Source: Sulfolobales archaeon HS-7 (GTDB taxonomy: Archaea > Thermoproteota > Thermoprotei_A > Sulfolobales > Sulfolobaceae). Taken from it: 64,000 nucleotides of DNA. The DNA is taken from the NCBI GenBank assembly GCA_019704295.1, contig AP024596.1:2016001-2080000 (forward strand). Direction: 5' to 3'. Position 1 is the first letter of the stretch; each line of letters begins with the position of its first letter. The notes beneath the pieces were generated by a model that saw nothing but the letters and a program-made list of their open reading frames with translations, searched no databases and was not told the origin of the DNA. Shown here in pieces: positions 33,623 to 44,439 of the stretch. Made by a program: the position numbers and the translations under genes.

Positions 33623-34660
33623 ATGATGTCATTGATCGCTATTGAGGATATGATAGAGGCAGTAGCCACTGACACCCCAATAACTAATTTAGAGGAAATT
33701 AAGTTAGAAGATTTTGACTTAAATGTAGATCAGTTACCGCTTATATTACTTGAAAATGGCATTAATGAGATATTTTGGGAGAGAAATGCCATTATAATTG
33801 GGCCAGACGGTTCGCGAATAAGAAGTTTAGGGCAAGGAGACTTGATAAAAGTACGGACACCAGTCTCTCCAAGTAGTATTCCGTGGAAAATACCTAAACT
33901 AGACAAAACTGCACTGACGGAACTAGTCGAGTATCTACTTCCAGTTAGAGAGGGACAGTCGTATTTAAATCCAGCTCCATGGGACACTGACTTTGCGAGG
34001 TTAGACCGATCCCTCTATGCATTTAGAGCTGGTGAGATTTCGACGAATTTAAGGGAATCTGAAGAAAAACTGGAGGCAGACGAAATATCCATTACTACTC
34101 CGTTTTACAATCCAGAAATTAGATTCCAAAACCCATTGTTTATACAAACTAATCGAATATATAACGGAAGAACGTCTTGGTTGGAGATAAAATTAGATAA
34201 CGAGGGGATTTTTGCTGCAAGTGAAAGTCTCATGGAATATGAGTTCGTAAGGGGGACGCTCCATTTATCGGGTAAGGACTTAGTGGTCAAGAAATATGAC
34301 AAATATCCCCAAGATAGTCCATTAAGAACTGCATGGTCTCTCAGTAATGAAATTATTGAACTTGATTTTGAACCAAAGGCAAGCTATCAACTATTTTCCC
34401 TAATTCCTTCCTCGGTTATACCAATTCACCTTAGTTTTGTCGGGGGCAATGTTAAACTAAAACTACTTAACTTAAGCGGAAGTCCCGTTATAGCTGAACT
34501 AAGAATTGCAGCGCGGATTCTGAAAGCCTCAGTTAATAATGAAGAAATTATACCCGAATTCGATACAATAAAAGTTCCTATTAGGCGTTGGGGGATAGCT
34601 AAAGTTGAGATGAAAGTTGTACGTATAGTTGAATCTCTTTTAAAAAAATTCAGGCTCTAG
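33623..34660 (+). CDS. Hypothetical protein
   Basis: 345-aa ORF; beta-rich C-terminus. Confidence 0.7.
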   Translation: MMSLIAIEDMIEAVATDTPITNLEEIKLEDFDLNVDQLPLILLENGINEIFWERNAIIIGPDGSRIRSLGQGDLIKVRTPVSPSSIPWKIPKLDKTALTELVEYLLPVREGQSYLNPAPWDTDFARLDRSLYAFRAGEISTNLRESEEKLEADEISITTPFYNPEIRFQNPLFIQTNRIYNGRTSWLEIKLDNEGIFAASESLMEYEFVRGTLHLSGKDLVVKKYDKYPQDSPLRTAWSLSNEIIELDFEPKASYQLFSLIPSSVIPIHLSFVGGNVKLKLLNLSGSPVIAELRIAARILKASVNNEEIIPEFDTIKVPIRRWGIAKVEMKVVRIVESLLKKFRL

Positions 34661-35036
34661 ACGTTCTTTCATATATACAGTAGCTGGATTTATACCCATA
34701 CTCATTTAATGCCCTTCTCCCCTCATAACACAATATGCAATAATATTCTCCTATTGACGAACCTTTACTATTTAGTTTATCAAGAACTTCATTTATAACT
34801 CCAGACATCCTCGGATCGCTCTCTAAGAGTGTTCTTATTTTGTTACCTCTCTTATTCTTAACGTAGTTGGAAATAGCGGCTGGGGTTAATCCTAATAGTT
34901 TTGATGCGGTGTATAGAGGAAGATGCCTGTCATTAACAAGTCTCTCAGCCATAATCGCTCTTATAGCTGGAAGCAAGCTCTTTGCAGCTAACTCACAAGA
35001 CAGATAATATCGCTCCTTCCTTGCCTCTTTTCCCAT
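34650..35036 (-). CDS. HTH transcriptional regulator
   Basis: CE...LPAIRA, LGLTPAAISNY..KRG. Confidence 0.8.
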   Translation of the reverse strand: MGKEARKERYYLSCELAAKSLLPAIRAIMAERLVNDRHLPLYTASKLLGLTPAAISNYVKNKRGNKIRTLLESDPRMSGVINEVLDKLNSKGSSIGEYYCILCYEGRRALNEYGYKSSYCIYERTSRA

Positions 35037-35137
35037 AGATAGTTATTATCTTGTGGAATTAATAAATAAGAGTATAAAAACGATTACGCTCATATCTTAG
35101 AAGTAGAGTTCTTCAGAAACAAGTGAAGATAAATGGT

Positions 35138-37546
35138 CTATAATTCGCACGTAGCGCAGCCACCGGCGAAGTTTTCATCCACTTCAACTTTAGCTATTCT
35201 AAGAGACTTAGCGGCTTTTTTCTCTTCTTCTATTTTTTCCTTTTCTTGCTTTAACCCGAAATATATGACTTGCTTAGATTTGGATCTGTCCCTATATACC
35301 GTAATTCCCTTTATTCCTAATTTCCACGCCTCAGTGTAAACTCTCCAAACGGTCTCTACACTTTCCTCTTCTCTTAGGTTGATCGTCTTGGAGACTCCAG
35401 AGTCGTTCCACTGTTGCCACGCCGCTTGATGAAGGAGATGATACTCGGGCGAAATTTCATGGGCCGTTCTAAATAGTTTCTTTACGCTCTTTGGCATTGG
35501 CATATCTTTTATCATCCCGGTCTCGGCTACTTTCTCTATGACCTCAGGATAGTCCATCTCATATTTTCTTAGATAATCTAAGAATAATGGGTCGATCTCA
35601 ATAAACTTACCAACCGCAACATTCCTTATAAATGCTAAGGCAAACAACGGCTCTATACCTGATGAGGTTCCTGCTATTATCGAGATAGTCCCTGTCGGTG
35701 CAATAGAGGTTACTGTTGAATTTCTGAGTCCATATAACACCCTCAATCTTTTTAGTTCAGCGAAATCTAACGAGTCGACTAACTTAACCACGTCTCTTAC
35801 TCTTTCCGAAATAGGTCCATTTATTCCTGTTGTTTCCAATAAGTATTCAAACGACCTAGCAGTATCAAAAATATCTCTATATAATGATGGATTGTAATCC
35901 GGGAATGCACCTTTCTCTTTTGCTAACTCTATTGACGTGAGAAAAGCGTAATAATAGATGAACTTCGATAGTTGGTATGAGAAGTATATAGCGTCTACTG
36001 AATCGTAGGGAATTCCAAGCTTTATTAACATCCTTGCAAGTCCCATAACTCCCAATCCAACTTTTCTAGTTCTTTTAGTTGCATTTTCAATTTGTTTAAG
36101 AGGGTATCTGTTTTTATCGATGACTCTATCCAGAAGTCTTATTCCATACTTTATAGTCGAAATGAGACCCTCCCAATCGATCTTCCCATCGTTTACGAAC
36201 TTCTCTAGATTTATTGACCCCAGGTTGCATGATTCCCACTGGAGAAGAGGTTCTTCTGCACACGGATTGGTGGCTTGGATTTTTCCTAAATACCACACTG
36301 GATGCCTTCTATTTATTTCATCGATAAATATTAGACCTGGATCTCCAGATTCCCACGCACCCTTAACTATTTGAGCGAATATTTCCCTAGGATTCACTAC
36401 CTTAGAGACTGCTTGTTCTTTCTCCGCGATGATAGTTGCCTCTTCTAAAGTCACTATAACGCTTTCATCAAGATAAACGGATCCCTTTTCCTCAAGTTCT
36501 TGTAATATGGCCTCCTGTACCCACTCCTCAGTTATTGAATTCCTTGCCTTGTTTATAAGATACCCAGTCTTTCGAGGATTAATTAGGCGCCAAGGAATAT
36601 CAGAGTTCATGCTCTCCATAAAGGCATCATGAATTGCAACAGAGATATTGAAATTCTGAAGATGTACATCCCTAGATTCCCCTGTTTTTGATTTAATAAA
36701 TTCCTCAACGTCGGGATGCCAGGACGCCAAAATTCCCATATTAGCGCCCCTCCTTTTTCCTCCCTGTTTAACGACATCAGTTGATACGTCAAAGATTTTC
36801 ATAAATGATACAGGTCCTGACGCTACACCTGCTGTTGACGCCACCACGTCGCCTTTGGGTCTAAGCTCAGAGAAATCAAACCCAGTTCCTCCCCCTTGCT
36901 GATGCACTATTGCCATGGCCCTTAATGTGTCATATATTCCGTCTCCTTCAGGAGTTATCATAGAGTCCTTAACGGGAAGGACGAAACACGCTGAGAGTAT
37001 ACCTAATCGTGTACCGCTATTCATTAAAGTCGGGGTGTTTGGTAAAAACTTTAAAGAGGACATTATCTCATAAAACTTCTCTTCTTCTTCTTTTGTCTCC
37101 GCCAAGAAATGAGCAACTCGGCGGAACATCGCTTGGGGAGTTTCTATATACCGTAAAGTAGCTGGATTCTTTAGTAGATATCTTGCTTCTAGGACTTTTA
37201 ATGCGTTATATGAGAGGAGAAGATCTTTCTCGTCAAACTTATCCCACTTTTTATTATATACATGATTATATATCCTCGCAAGGACATATCTCTTTGCAAT
37301 TACTTCATAAGAAGCATTATTTACAACGTGCTGTATAATATGTTTTTCAACTATATCCGCTATGGTCTTAGTTTCAATAGCGTTATCCTTTGCGGAGCTA
37401 GAGATATCCGATAAAATTTCCTCGATCAATTCAGATGGGACATGTTTGCGTAGTTTATCAATGCTGAAGTCCTCAATTCTTCCGTCTCTCTTTAGGACCT
37501 TCAGATGAACTTGGCTGTTAGTAACTAACGATGCATTGGATTGCAT
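35138..37546 (-). CDS. nrdJ: Class II (B12) ribonucleotide reductase with ATP cone
   Basis: [32 protein letters not shown]-terminal CATC. Confidence 0.93.
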   Translation of the reverse strand: MQSNASLVTNSQVHLKVLKRDGRIEDFSIDKLRKHVPSELIEEILSDISSSAKDNAIETKTIADIVEKHIIQHVVNNASYEVIAKRYVLARIYNHVYNKKWDKFDEKDLLLSYNALKVLEARYLLKNPATLRYIETPQAMFRRVAHFLAETKEEEEKFYEIMSSLKFLPNTPTLMNSGTRLGILSACFVLPVKDSMITPEGDGIYDTLRAMAIVHQQGGGTGFDFSELRPKGDVVASTAGVASGPVSFMKIFDVSTDVVKQGGKRRGANMGILASWHPDVEEFIKSKTGESRDVHLQNFNISVAIHDAFMESMNSDIPWRLINPRKTGYLINKARNSITEEWVQEAILQELEEKGSVYLDESVIVTLEEATIIAEKEQAVSKVVNPREIFAQIVKGAWESGDPGLIFIDEINRRHPVWYLGKIQATNPCAEEPLLQWESCNLGSINLEKFVNDGKIDWEGLISTIKYGIRLLDRVIDKNRYPLKQIENATKRTRKVGLGVMGLARMLIKLGIPYDSVDAIYFSYQLSKFIYYYAFLTSIELAKEKGAFPDYNPSLYRDIFDTARSFEYLLETTGINGPISERVRDVVKLVDSLDFAELKRLRVLYGLRNSTVTSIAPTGTISIIAGTSSGIEPLFALAFIRNVAVGKFIEIDPLFLDYLRKYEMDYPEVIEKVAETGMIKDMPMPKSVKKLFRTAHEISPEYHLLHQAAWQQWNDSGVSKTINLREEESVETVWRVYTEAWKLGIKGITVYRDRSKSKQVIYFGLKQEKEKIEEEKKAAKSLRIAKVEVDENFAGGCATCEL

Positions 37547-37729
37547 TACTCCAATTCTACGTAATTCCCATTTATTTCTCTTTCCTCATTTGGAAGCAGT
37601 ATGACCCCCAGAAATTCCACTTATTGCTATTATCCTTGGAGTTTTTGCCTTATTTTTAAACTAGATAATCCTTGAGGGTATTTAATGTATAATAAATATT
37701 AATTAGTTTAACAACTAAATCTTTATATT

Positions 37730-38015
37730 CATTGGGGGTTCAGAGGGGGCGGAGGATCCGCGAGGACGAATAGGCTCCTTTGTATGAGTTTGAGTATCGG
37801 TTCGCAGCCAAATACACTAATGATGGTGATCAACGGAGTAAGCGTTACAGAGACACCTAAGCGAGAGTGAATGCGGTAAGGCTCTACTCCAATTTGAAAT
37901 CCTACGTGGGACAGTAACGTCAACTTTATGGTGCGACCCTTAGCGCCTGCGGAGCCCTCTGGGCAGGGTGGAGCTGAGAGCAGGAAGCCCCTTCTGCTGA
38001 GAAAGGCGAGTTCGC
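37730..38015 (+). mobile_element. Degenerate tnpB 3'-end remnant
   Basis: GCCTGCGGAGCCC...GCAGGAAGCCCC end pattern. Confidence 0.5.
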
Positions 38016-38099
38016 AGAGATAATACGTTAATTTAATTAGGGGTATAAACGTGGAATTACGAGAGATTGAACGCTTTTGCAACCCACTATAAAAGCTCT

Positions 38100-38254
38100 T
38101 TCTTACTCTTGATTATCGAAAATTACGAGATTTCTTCCGACTATGTTTAGTAAACTAATTTTATATTACCTATATCCTCATAATTAAGCGAATTTAATTC
38201 TAGAGATGTGTTCTATAACTTTCTAGTTATTCACATTACGCATTGGACACTGTG
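38100..38254 (-). mobile_element. Partial MITE (family A)
   Basis: ATTGGACACTGTG terminus plus TAATTAAGCGAATTTAATTCTAG shared with 45023 and 47960. Confidence 0.7.
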
Positions 38255-38307
38255 ACCTAGGGAAACTTTTATTACTTATAGCGACCGCATTAACCGTAGG
38301 AGTTACA

Positions 38308-38589
38308 ATGGACAATATTGACATTCTCAATAAGTACGTAGGGGATATCATAGAGAATATTTTAACAAACGATTACCGGAATTTGGACGTAGATACCTAC
38401 TATATAGATTTACTTATGTATATATACAACAAATTAGTTAAGAATTGGTTTAACGGTAATGAACCGGATACCGAAGAATTTGCAATGCGACTACGTAAGT
38501 TAAGGAGTAGAAATAAAACAATGTTAACGATATTAACTAAATACTTGATAAGCAAATACTTGAAAAAATATTACGCTTATAGCAGATGA
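38308..38589 (+). CDS. Hypothetical protein
   Basis: ATG ORF with GGAG SD and upstream TATA-like box. Confidence 0.6.
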   Translation: MDNIDILNKYVGDIIENILTNDYRNLDVDTYYIDLLMYIYNKLVKNWFNGNEPDTEEFAMRLRKLRSRNKTMLTILTKYLISKYLKKYYAYSR

Positions 38590-38592
38590 CAC

Positions 38593-39336
38593 GTGCCTCG
38601 TAAACGAAATTCCTCAAAACAGGAGGCAAAACGTACCAGGAAGAAGAAAGAAATAGATATAGACGATTTATTAAATGAATATCTTGAAGAGATAATAAAG
38701 GAGTTATCCCTGGAGAATCTAAATCTCTCCCATGATGAATACATAGAGATTCTTAAGGAACCCTTTGCTTCGGCAGTAGGTGATGTTTCGACTAAACCTA
38801 AGGTTAAGACAATTATTAACAGATTTACCAATAGGCTTGACGATTTGTTAGACTTAGTTTCCATCAGAATACTCGAACTAAGAGAAAAACTTGACGAAAA
38901 GCAACTGGAGTTCGTAATTTTTCACCTCAAGAATGGAATTAAAATGTACGCACCTTTCCTATATTCAGAAGCAATAAAGGTAGGACGTAACGATTTAATT
39001 GATTACCTAAGGAACTCTTGGTCAAAATATGGTATCAGAACTCCCGTAAAATGTCCTAAATGCGGATTCGAGGCAATAATGCCTGATCTCATATGCAAGA
39101 TATGCGGATACACTGTATCGGAAAAGTACGTGAAAGAACAACTTAAAGTAATTGATAACCTATACGAGCTAAAGCGAACTGATCCAGAAAAATTTTCTGA
39201 GATAATAAAAAGTAGACATATATATATTGTAAACAATTTAATAATCACAGAAGCTGAAATTAGGCAGAGTAGAGAACAAATATTTTACGAAATAGATCTC
39301 ACTGAAAGCGATATAAAGAGCGTCTTAAAAGGGTAG
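38593..39336 (+). CDS. Hypothetical Zn-ribbon protein
   Basis: CPKC..CKIC. Confidence 0.7.
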   Translation: MPRKRNSSKQEAKRTRKKKEIDIDDLLNEYLEEIIKELSLENLNLSHDEYIEILKEPFASAVGDVSTKPKVKTIINRFTNRLDDLLDLVSIRILELREKLDEKQLEFVIFHLKNGIKMYAPFLYSEAIKVGRNDLIDYLRNSWSKYGIRTPVKCPKCGFEAIMPDLICKICGYTVSEKYVKEQLKVIDNLYELKRTDPEKFSEIIKSRHIYIVNNLIITEAEIRQSREQIFYEIDLTESDIKSVLKG

Positions 39337-39707
39337 GTACCTTATTACTAACAAAATCGCTGCTTCGACGACTTGTTTGTTAAACAGTAAGAATAGAGTA
39401 TTACCCAAGCTGAATAAGGCCACGGGTAAATTTGATTAATTATCTCTCCACAATGTTCCAGCTTTGCCTCAAATGCAATGGAGTTTTCCTCATGAAAAGG
39501 AATATAGATCAAAACTTTCCTGACCTTTATCTAACTAATAGTATCGTAAAAAAGTAATACGGGAATTAGGGGTTTTAATAATCCTGTTTAGGGAACCCGC
39601 GGAAATCCATGAAATTCAGGAAAGCGCTATAGATATAAAATCAAATATCACGCCGCTATTATAACAACTTTATTAATCATAATAATATTTAATATTGTCT
39701 AATGTTC

Positions 39708-40463
39708 TTACTGTCGATTGACGTCCCTACAACGTTTACATATATCGGATTCAGAGAAGGCACCACATCTTGTGCATTTTCTCTGAGTAGCGAAAAGTTC
39801 AATGGATTTGTGGAAAGAATGTAAAATCTCCTGATTTCCCTCTAAAGACTCCTTTACCCAAATTAGAAAGTGAGTAAACGATGCAACGGGAAATTTAGAT
39901 TCTACTCCATAAACTATCTCCATGTTTAGTAATGAGATATTATGTAGTGGAAAACAAAAATTACATGAACCGATTTTCGTGTAGTGGGTATATAATGAAA
40001 GGTAACCCGCATCTCTCGACACGGCAGACGATATTAATAAGTACATGAAGATCTCCGCAGGAAAAGGCATGACCACGCCGTTAGGTTTTTCTTTGCTACA
40101 AATTTCCAAAGAACGAATTATCGCGTCATGAATATAGCTATCCACTGATTGAGAACTTAATTCCAGCGAAAACGTCTGGTAATAGATAGTAGTTTTTTTC
40201 GCTATTTTCGTTAAGGTCTCCTCTATTATTTTTGATAATCCTTCAAGCCCATTTAATTCTAGAATAATGAACCTGCTTTCGTAATCAACTAGGCCAGATT
40301 TGAGAAAATTCTTTCTAATAGCGTTGTTAATTTCATTTCTTGCACAGATTGGACAGAGTTTTCTCCCGTTTAGGTTTACTATACTTTCCCTTACTTCACA
40401 CCTATAACATTTGATACTTTGTTCCCCAGACATATGGAATATAAGATTCCTGTTCGTTGCCAT
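39708..40463 (-). CDS. TtuA/Ncs6-like protein with degenerate PP-loop
   Basis: Terminal Zn fingers (CYRC/CPIC, CTRC/CKRC); no SGGKDS. Confidence 0.5.
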   Translation of the reverse strand: MATNRNLIFHMSGEQSIKCYRCEVRESIVNLNGRKLCPICARNEINNAIRKNFLKSGLVDYESRFIILELNGLEGLSKIIEETLTKIAKKTTIYYQTFSLELSSQSVDSYIHDAIIRSLEICSKEKPNGVVMPFPAEIFMYLLISSAVSRDAGYLSLYTHYTKIGSCNFCFPLHNISLLNMEIVYGVESKFPVASFTHFLIWVKESLEGNQEILHSFHKSIELFATQRKCTRCGAFSESDICKRCRDVNRQ

Positions 40464-40507
40464 TAAATTAGATTTGCGGTCACTCTTGTTCCGCCAAAAA
40501 ATTTCGA

Positions 40508-40868
40508 GACAGTGTCCAATGTGTAATTAATGTGAATAATTAGATAAACTAAAAAGTTATAAATACCTCTTTGGAATTAAATCCGCTTAATTATGAGGAG
40601 AGAGTTAATATAAAATTAGTTTATTAGGTCTAGTCGCAAACAATCACATATTTTTAATCCGGAAGGTCAAAAACTAGGTTTCCGGCATTATGTGTTAAAC
40701 GTTTACTAAGGATATAGCTGGATATTTTAAGCTTAGGAGGTTAGCAGAGGAGTTTAATCACTTGGAATCTCTCTGTATTACCGTCCTAATTGAATAGTAT
40801 GCCTTATCCCCGTATTCTAAAATCTGGTTTTTAAAGTAAATAGCATTCATTACACATTGGACACTATC
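40508..40868 (+). mobile_element. Complete ~360-bp MITE (family A) with TCGA target duplication
   Basis: TCGA|GACAGTGTCCAATGTGTAAT ... ATTACACATTGGACACTATC|TCGA. Confidence 0.88.
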
Positions 40869-40930
40869 TCGAGGAGTGTACTCATAATTTTTTATCTCCC
40901 TCTCTAGTTTATTATTCAGTGTTAAATATT

Positions 40931-41380
40931 ATGGCCAGAGCAGACAGAGTTTATCAACTGATTAAGCTTCTCCTTTACGTTGCCAAAGAGGAGGGAGTTG
41001 AGGTTACTGCAACGAAGCTACAGAAGATATTCTTCTTACTTGAGAAGGAGGGGGGAGTTGATTTAGGCCTTGAATTTACGCCTTGGTTCTTCGGCCCCTA
41101 CTCAAGTCTGCTTCAAGACTATATTGATAAGCTAATCGAAAAGGGAGACGTGAGCGTCGAGGAGGAAGAGGTAATAGACGTCTTGAGCGGTCAGGTAGTC
41201 GGTTATAAGAGGGTTTACGTCCTCAGTTCAGACGCTAGTCAGGACGATAAAAGCATCGAGAAGTTCTTTAGAAAGTGGGTTAAGATGAGTAGAAGTGAGA
41301 TTTTAAATTACGTTTACAGAAAGTATCCGGAATACGCTAAGTATTCCCTGATTAGGGATAAGATTTTTGGGAGTCCTTAA
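40931..41380 (+). CDS. Panacea/SocA (DUF4065)-like antitoxin
   Basis: TKLQKIFFL ... F.PWFFGPYS ... YVYRKYPEY. Confidence 0.7.
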   Translation: MARADRVYQLIKLLLYVAKEEGVEVTATKLQKIFFLLEKEGGVDLGLEFTPWFFGPYSSLLQDYIDKLIEKGDVSVEEEEVIDVLSGQVVGYKRVYVLSSDASQDDKSIEKFFRKWVKMSRSEILNYVYRKYPEYAKYSLIRDKIFGSP

Positions 41381-42336
41381 TGAGTAAAAAGAGGAAATCG
41401 TTTTTCGCGAAATTTATAAGTGACTCTTTAACATTTTTTGATGCTGCGCTCAGCATATACGAAAAACTACAAAGCGGCAAGAAGCCGTTCTTTTCTGACA
41501 TAAGGTCCTTAGAGTATCAAAAGATTTTCAACCTTGCAAGATCTTTCGAGACTTTGAGCAAAGCCTGTCTCTCCGCGTACGGTGGATTAATTGCATATCC
41601 AGCACTCTTAGTAGCCAAAGCCAGAAAAGGAAGCCAGATAGCTCTCAGGCACGAGCAGAAGGTTATAAATTACCTAAGAGAATTAGTAAAATAATCTTTA
41701 GACCTGAAAAATATTAAGAAAAAACTAAGTCACGACCCCGTAGGTAAGTCCCAAATTCCAGTCCTTTTGATAGCTACAGCAAAGTTCTTAAGACAATTAG
41801 GGGAAAAGGAAATTGCGGAATTATATGAGCAAGTTGCAGATTATTTGAAACAGAGCAACAAGACTTACATGGAGTTGCTGGAGATAAGAAAGAGAGTGGT
41901 GTCTTCAATTCAGCTAAAGGAAGTTCATAAGCAGCTTCTCGATATCATCGAAAAGTGTTTACAATCAGGGTCTGAGGATGAGATTTGCAAAAACTTGCCC
42001 AACGACGCCGAGAAAATATTCGGCGTCTACAAGGAGAAGCCTTACCTAGTTGATCAGATACTAACGATACTGGACTTAGGAATTCAAGAGATGCTTGGCG
42101 CCATGGTTTATACGGCCTATCTAGCTAAGGCCGCTGCAATTGCGGACTATAGCGCAGGTAGGGATGAAAACGATGAAAAATACTTAGGGGAGGTGAGAGA
42201 TCATCAGAAGGAAATTATTGAATTTATGATGAAATACGCACAAATAAACAAGGAGTTTGTGAAGAGCGACGAGGTGGACGAATTTATGAGGGAAGTTGAG
42301 GATAATGCCAGACAACACTTGTCCGGGGAGAGCTGA
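41380..42336 (+). pseudogene. HEPN-like protein split by one in-frame TAA (41692)
   Basis: 41380-41694 and 41767-42336 share a frame; ARSFETLSKA...KLSHD pattern. Confidence 0.55.
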
Positions 42337-42593
42337 ACTACATTACTTATTCGTTCAGGATTAGCAGATGTCCTAATGCAATCCCGAAATAGTTCCCTGG
42401 ATTAAAAAGTGTAGCACCATCTTATGATCACACATTCCTTCAATTTCATCTAGGTAAACTGCGGGTGTTAATATAATTTCTCTCGCGCATTAAGATAACG
42501 ACTAGCGCTTATCCAGTTTTCCTTAACAGTTTTTCAAAGTTCGATGAGAATAATCAGTATACCCTTTTTAATGTCCTTAACAAGTATATTATT

Positions 42594-42743
42594 ATGAAGA
42601 TTGTTGACGATAAGGATGGTGAAAGGTTCTTAGAGTTAGAGAACGAACAAGATATAGACGAATTTTTTGATGCCATAACAAGGAGGGCTAAAGAAAAAGC
42701 TAATGACCGTAAACCTTCTTATGAGACCCAACCTCCTAAATAA
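42594..42743 (+). CDS. 49-aa acidic protein, putative antitoxin
   Basis: Hand translation: MKIVDDKDGERFLELENEQDIDEFF...KPSYETQPPK; homolog at 52693. Confidence 0.55.
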   Translation: MKIVDDKDGERFLELENEQDIDEFFDAITRRAKEKANDRKPSYETQPPK

Positions 42744-43008
42744 ATACGATACAGTTTATTGAGTCGACACTGTAAAGCATTCTTATATCACCCGTAACTT
42801 CTATGGAAAACATAGAATTCCCATACTTATCCTTTCCCAGTTTCTCCCTGGCGTATTTAAAAGGGTCACTTTTGAGTAATTTAATATTCTCTTTAATCAT
42901 ATTTAATATCTTGACGTTAAGGAACTCATAAAAAACATACTCCGCTAGCTCATCCAAACTCCTAACCTTCTTCCTGCTAACTCTTATCTTCTACTCCTTA
43001 CGAACCAT
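42700..43008 (-). pseudogene. RelE/ParE-like toxin pseudogene
   Basis: Homolog of 52802-53107 with TAG at two Trp positions. Confidence 0.75.
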
Positions 43009-43082
43009 AATAAAAGAAATATAATGCTTATTTAAAAATATTTTTCTATTAGTTTAATATCTCATTATGAATAATAGTTCTG

Positions 43083-43385
43083 CTACCATTTATTTCTTCT
43101 AGATCTTTTTGTCTTAGTTTTAACTGGGTGTGCTGAATTCTTTAACGCTTCATAGTCCTTTATCCTTAATAAAGCCTCTTCAGGTTCAGTTACTCCTTTC
43201 AGCATCTCTGCAAGACCGTTTTCACCTATGTAATTCAGCCAAGAGAGGATATGACCTTCTTTCAAGTGGTATCGAGGTGCTGCAGGACCCTCTTTGGACA
43301 GTCTTTCCACTTCCTTTTCCAACTCTTTCACGTTATACGCAACTCCTGTTACCTTATTATATGAAATAGAACGGCCCCAGATCAC
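43083..43385 (-). CDS. Hypothetical plasmid protein
   Basis: GVAYNVKEL..YHLKEGHI..WL; decayed paralog at about 53230-53510. Confidence 0.6.
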   Translation of the reverse strand: MIWGRSISYNKVTGVAYNVKELEKEVERLSKEGPAAPRYHLKEGHILSWLNYIGENGLAEMLKGVTEPEEALLRIKDYEALKNSAHPVKTKTKRSRRNKW

Positions 43386-43720
43386 TCACTTCCGTTATTC
43401 TGCTTTTTAAAAACCCTTAGACTGTGGAAAAGAAATGGGGGATAATGTATTCGGAATCGATATAAGACGATTCAGCTTTCTCTTCATAGCGAATAATAAT
43501 AATCTTAGCGTTTGTAGCAAGTTTCGCAAATATAAAAATACCTGAGCAGAACACTTCCGTTCAAGTTGGGACATTGACGCAAAATGAAAATTACACACAA
43601 CCTCAGCTGTTCAAGTATGCATATAACAAAACGATAACATTAGCTCCAGTTCTTTTAGATCTACAGGTGAGGGCAGGATAGTTCGCATATCTTTTTAACT
43701 AAACATCTCAATAGGGAGAG

Positions 43721-43849
43721 AACGTCATTTTTCCCTAACCTAGTGATGAAGGGGGCAAAAAAGCCACGGGCTAAGTTTTTTCCCATTTCCCCCTGACACG
43801 TGATGAAAGACCTCTACGCTGAGGGGAAACGAACATGCCCCCTGATGTT
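43721..43849 (+). ncRNA. Box C/D-like sRNA 1
   Basis: C GTGATGA 43743, D' CTGA 43793, C' GTGATGA 43800, 12-nt guide, D CTGA 43819; TTTCCC/GGGAAA stem; TATA-like box and T-rich tail. Confidence 0.6.
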
Positions 43850-43863
43850 TATTTTCTTCTTAG

Positions 43864-44043
43864 TCATTTATACTTTTCTAAGTCTATGTTGTTCTTCTTA
43901 GCGTATTCCTTCAAACCCAGGTCAAGGATCTCGTCCGCTACATCTGCATACCTCTTCCCCACATCTACAGCTATCCTCTTTATGATCTTAGCGTATTGAG
44001 GGCTTACCCAGAGCTGTTCCTTGTTTGTAGGGTGAGATACCAT
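43864..44043 (-). CDS. Ribbon-helix-helix (CopG-like) protein (absent from ORF track)
   Basis: Hand translation: MVSHPTNKEQLWVSPQYAKIIKRIAVDVGKRYADVADEILDLGLKEYAKK... Confidence 0.65.
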   Translation of the reverse strand: MVSHPTNKEQLWVSPQYAKIIKRIAVDVGKRYADVADEILDLGLKEYAKKNNIDLEKYK

Positions 44044-44207
44044 TTATATCGTTATTCAAAAATACCTATTTAGATGTTTAAAAGCTTTACTGTTTAGATA
44101 AAGTGTAGAGGTTACTATAAGAACTTTCCATATACTATTTGTAGAGTGATATTAACCAAACTGAAAGAAAATCAGAAATACTTAATATCCCTAAATAGAG
44201 AACTATA

Positions 44208-44283
44208 ATGGGGACGGGTCAAAAGATGAATGGAACGACGGTTGACACATGATAAGCCAGTTACGAGCTAACCCGTCCCTCAT
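44208..44283 (+). ncRNA. Box C/D-like sRNA 2
   Basis: Stem GGGACGGG/CCCGTCCC enclosing AAGATGA-N12-TTGA-CAC-ATGATAA-N12-CTAA; TTAATAT upstream, T-tract downstream. Confidence 0.5.
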
Positions 44284-44439
44284 TTTTATCTTTCTTCTCG
44301 GAGGTAAAAAGCGTTACGTAAACTGGGGAGTTTGGGTCGTTCACCCGTTAATTGCAAATTCACTTTATTTTATTAGTTTGAAATTAACTATTTCATTGTG
44401 GATTGGTAATACTAAATAAGGGAAGAGCCGGAAATAATA

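Noticed and set aside
35138-37546. Intein in the ribonucleotide reductase
   Set aside because: Normal length; no intein or LAGLIDADG motifs seen
37729-38082. 117-aa ORF (likewise 18250-18456, 26983-27228, 45279-45608)
   Set aside because: Chance or fragmentary frames across transposon remnants
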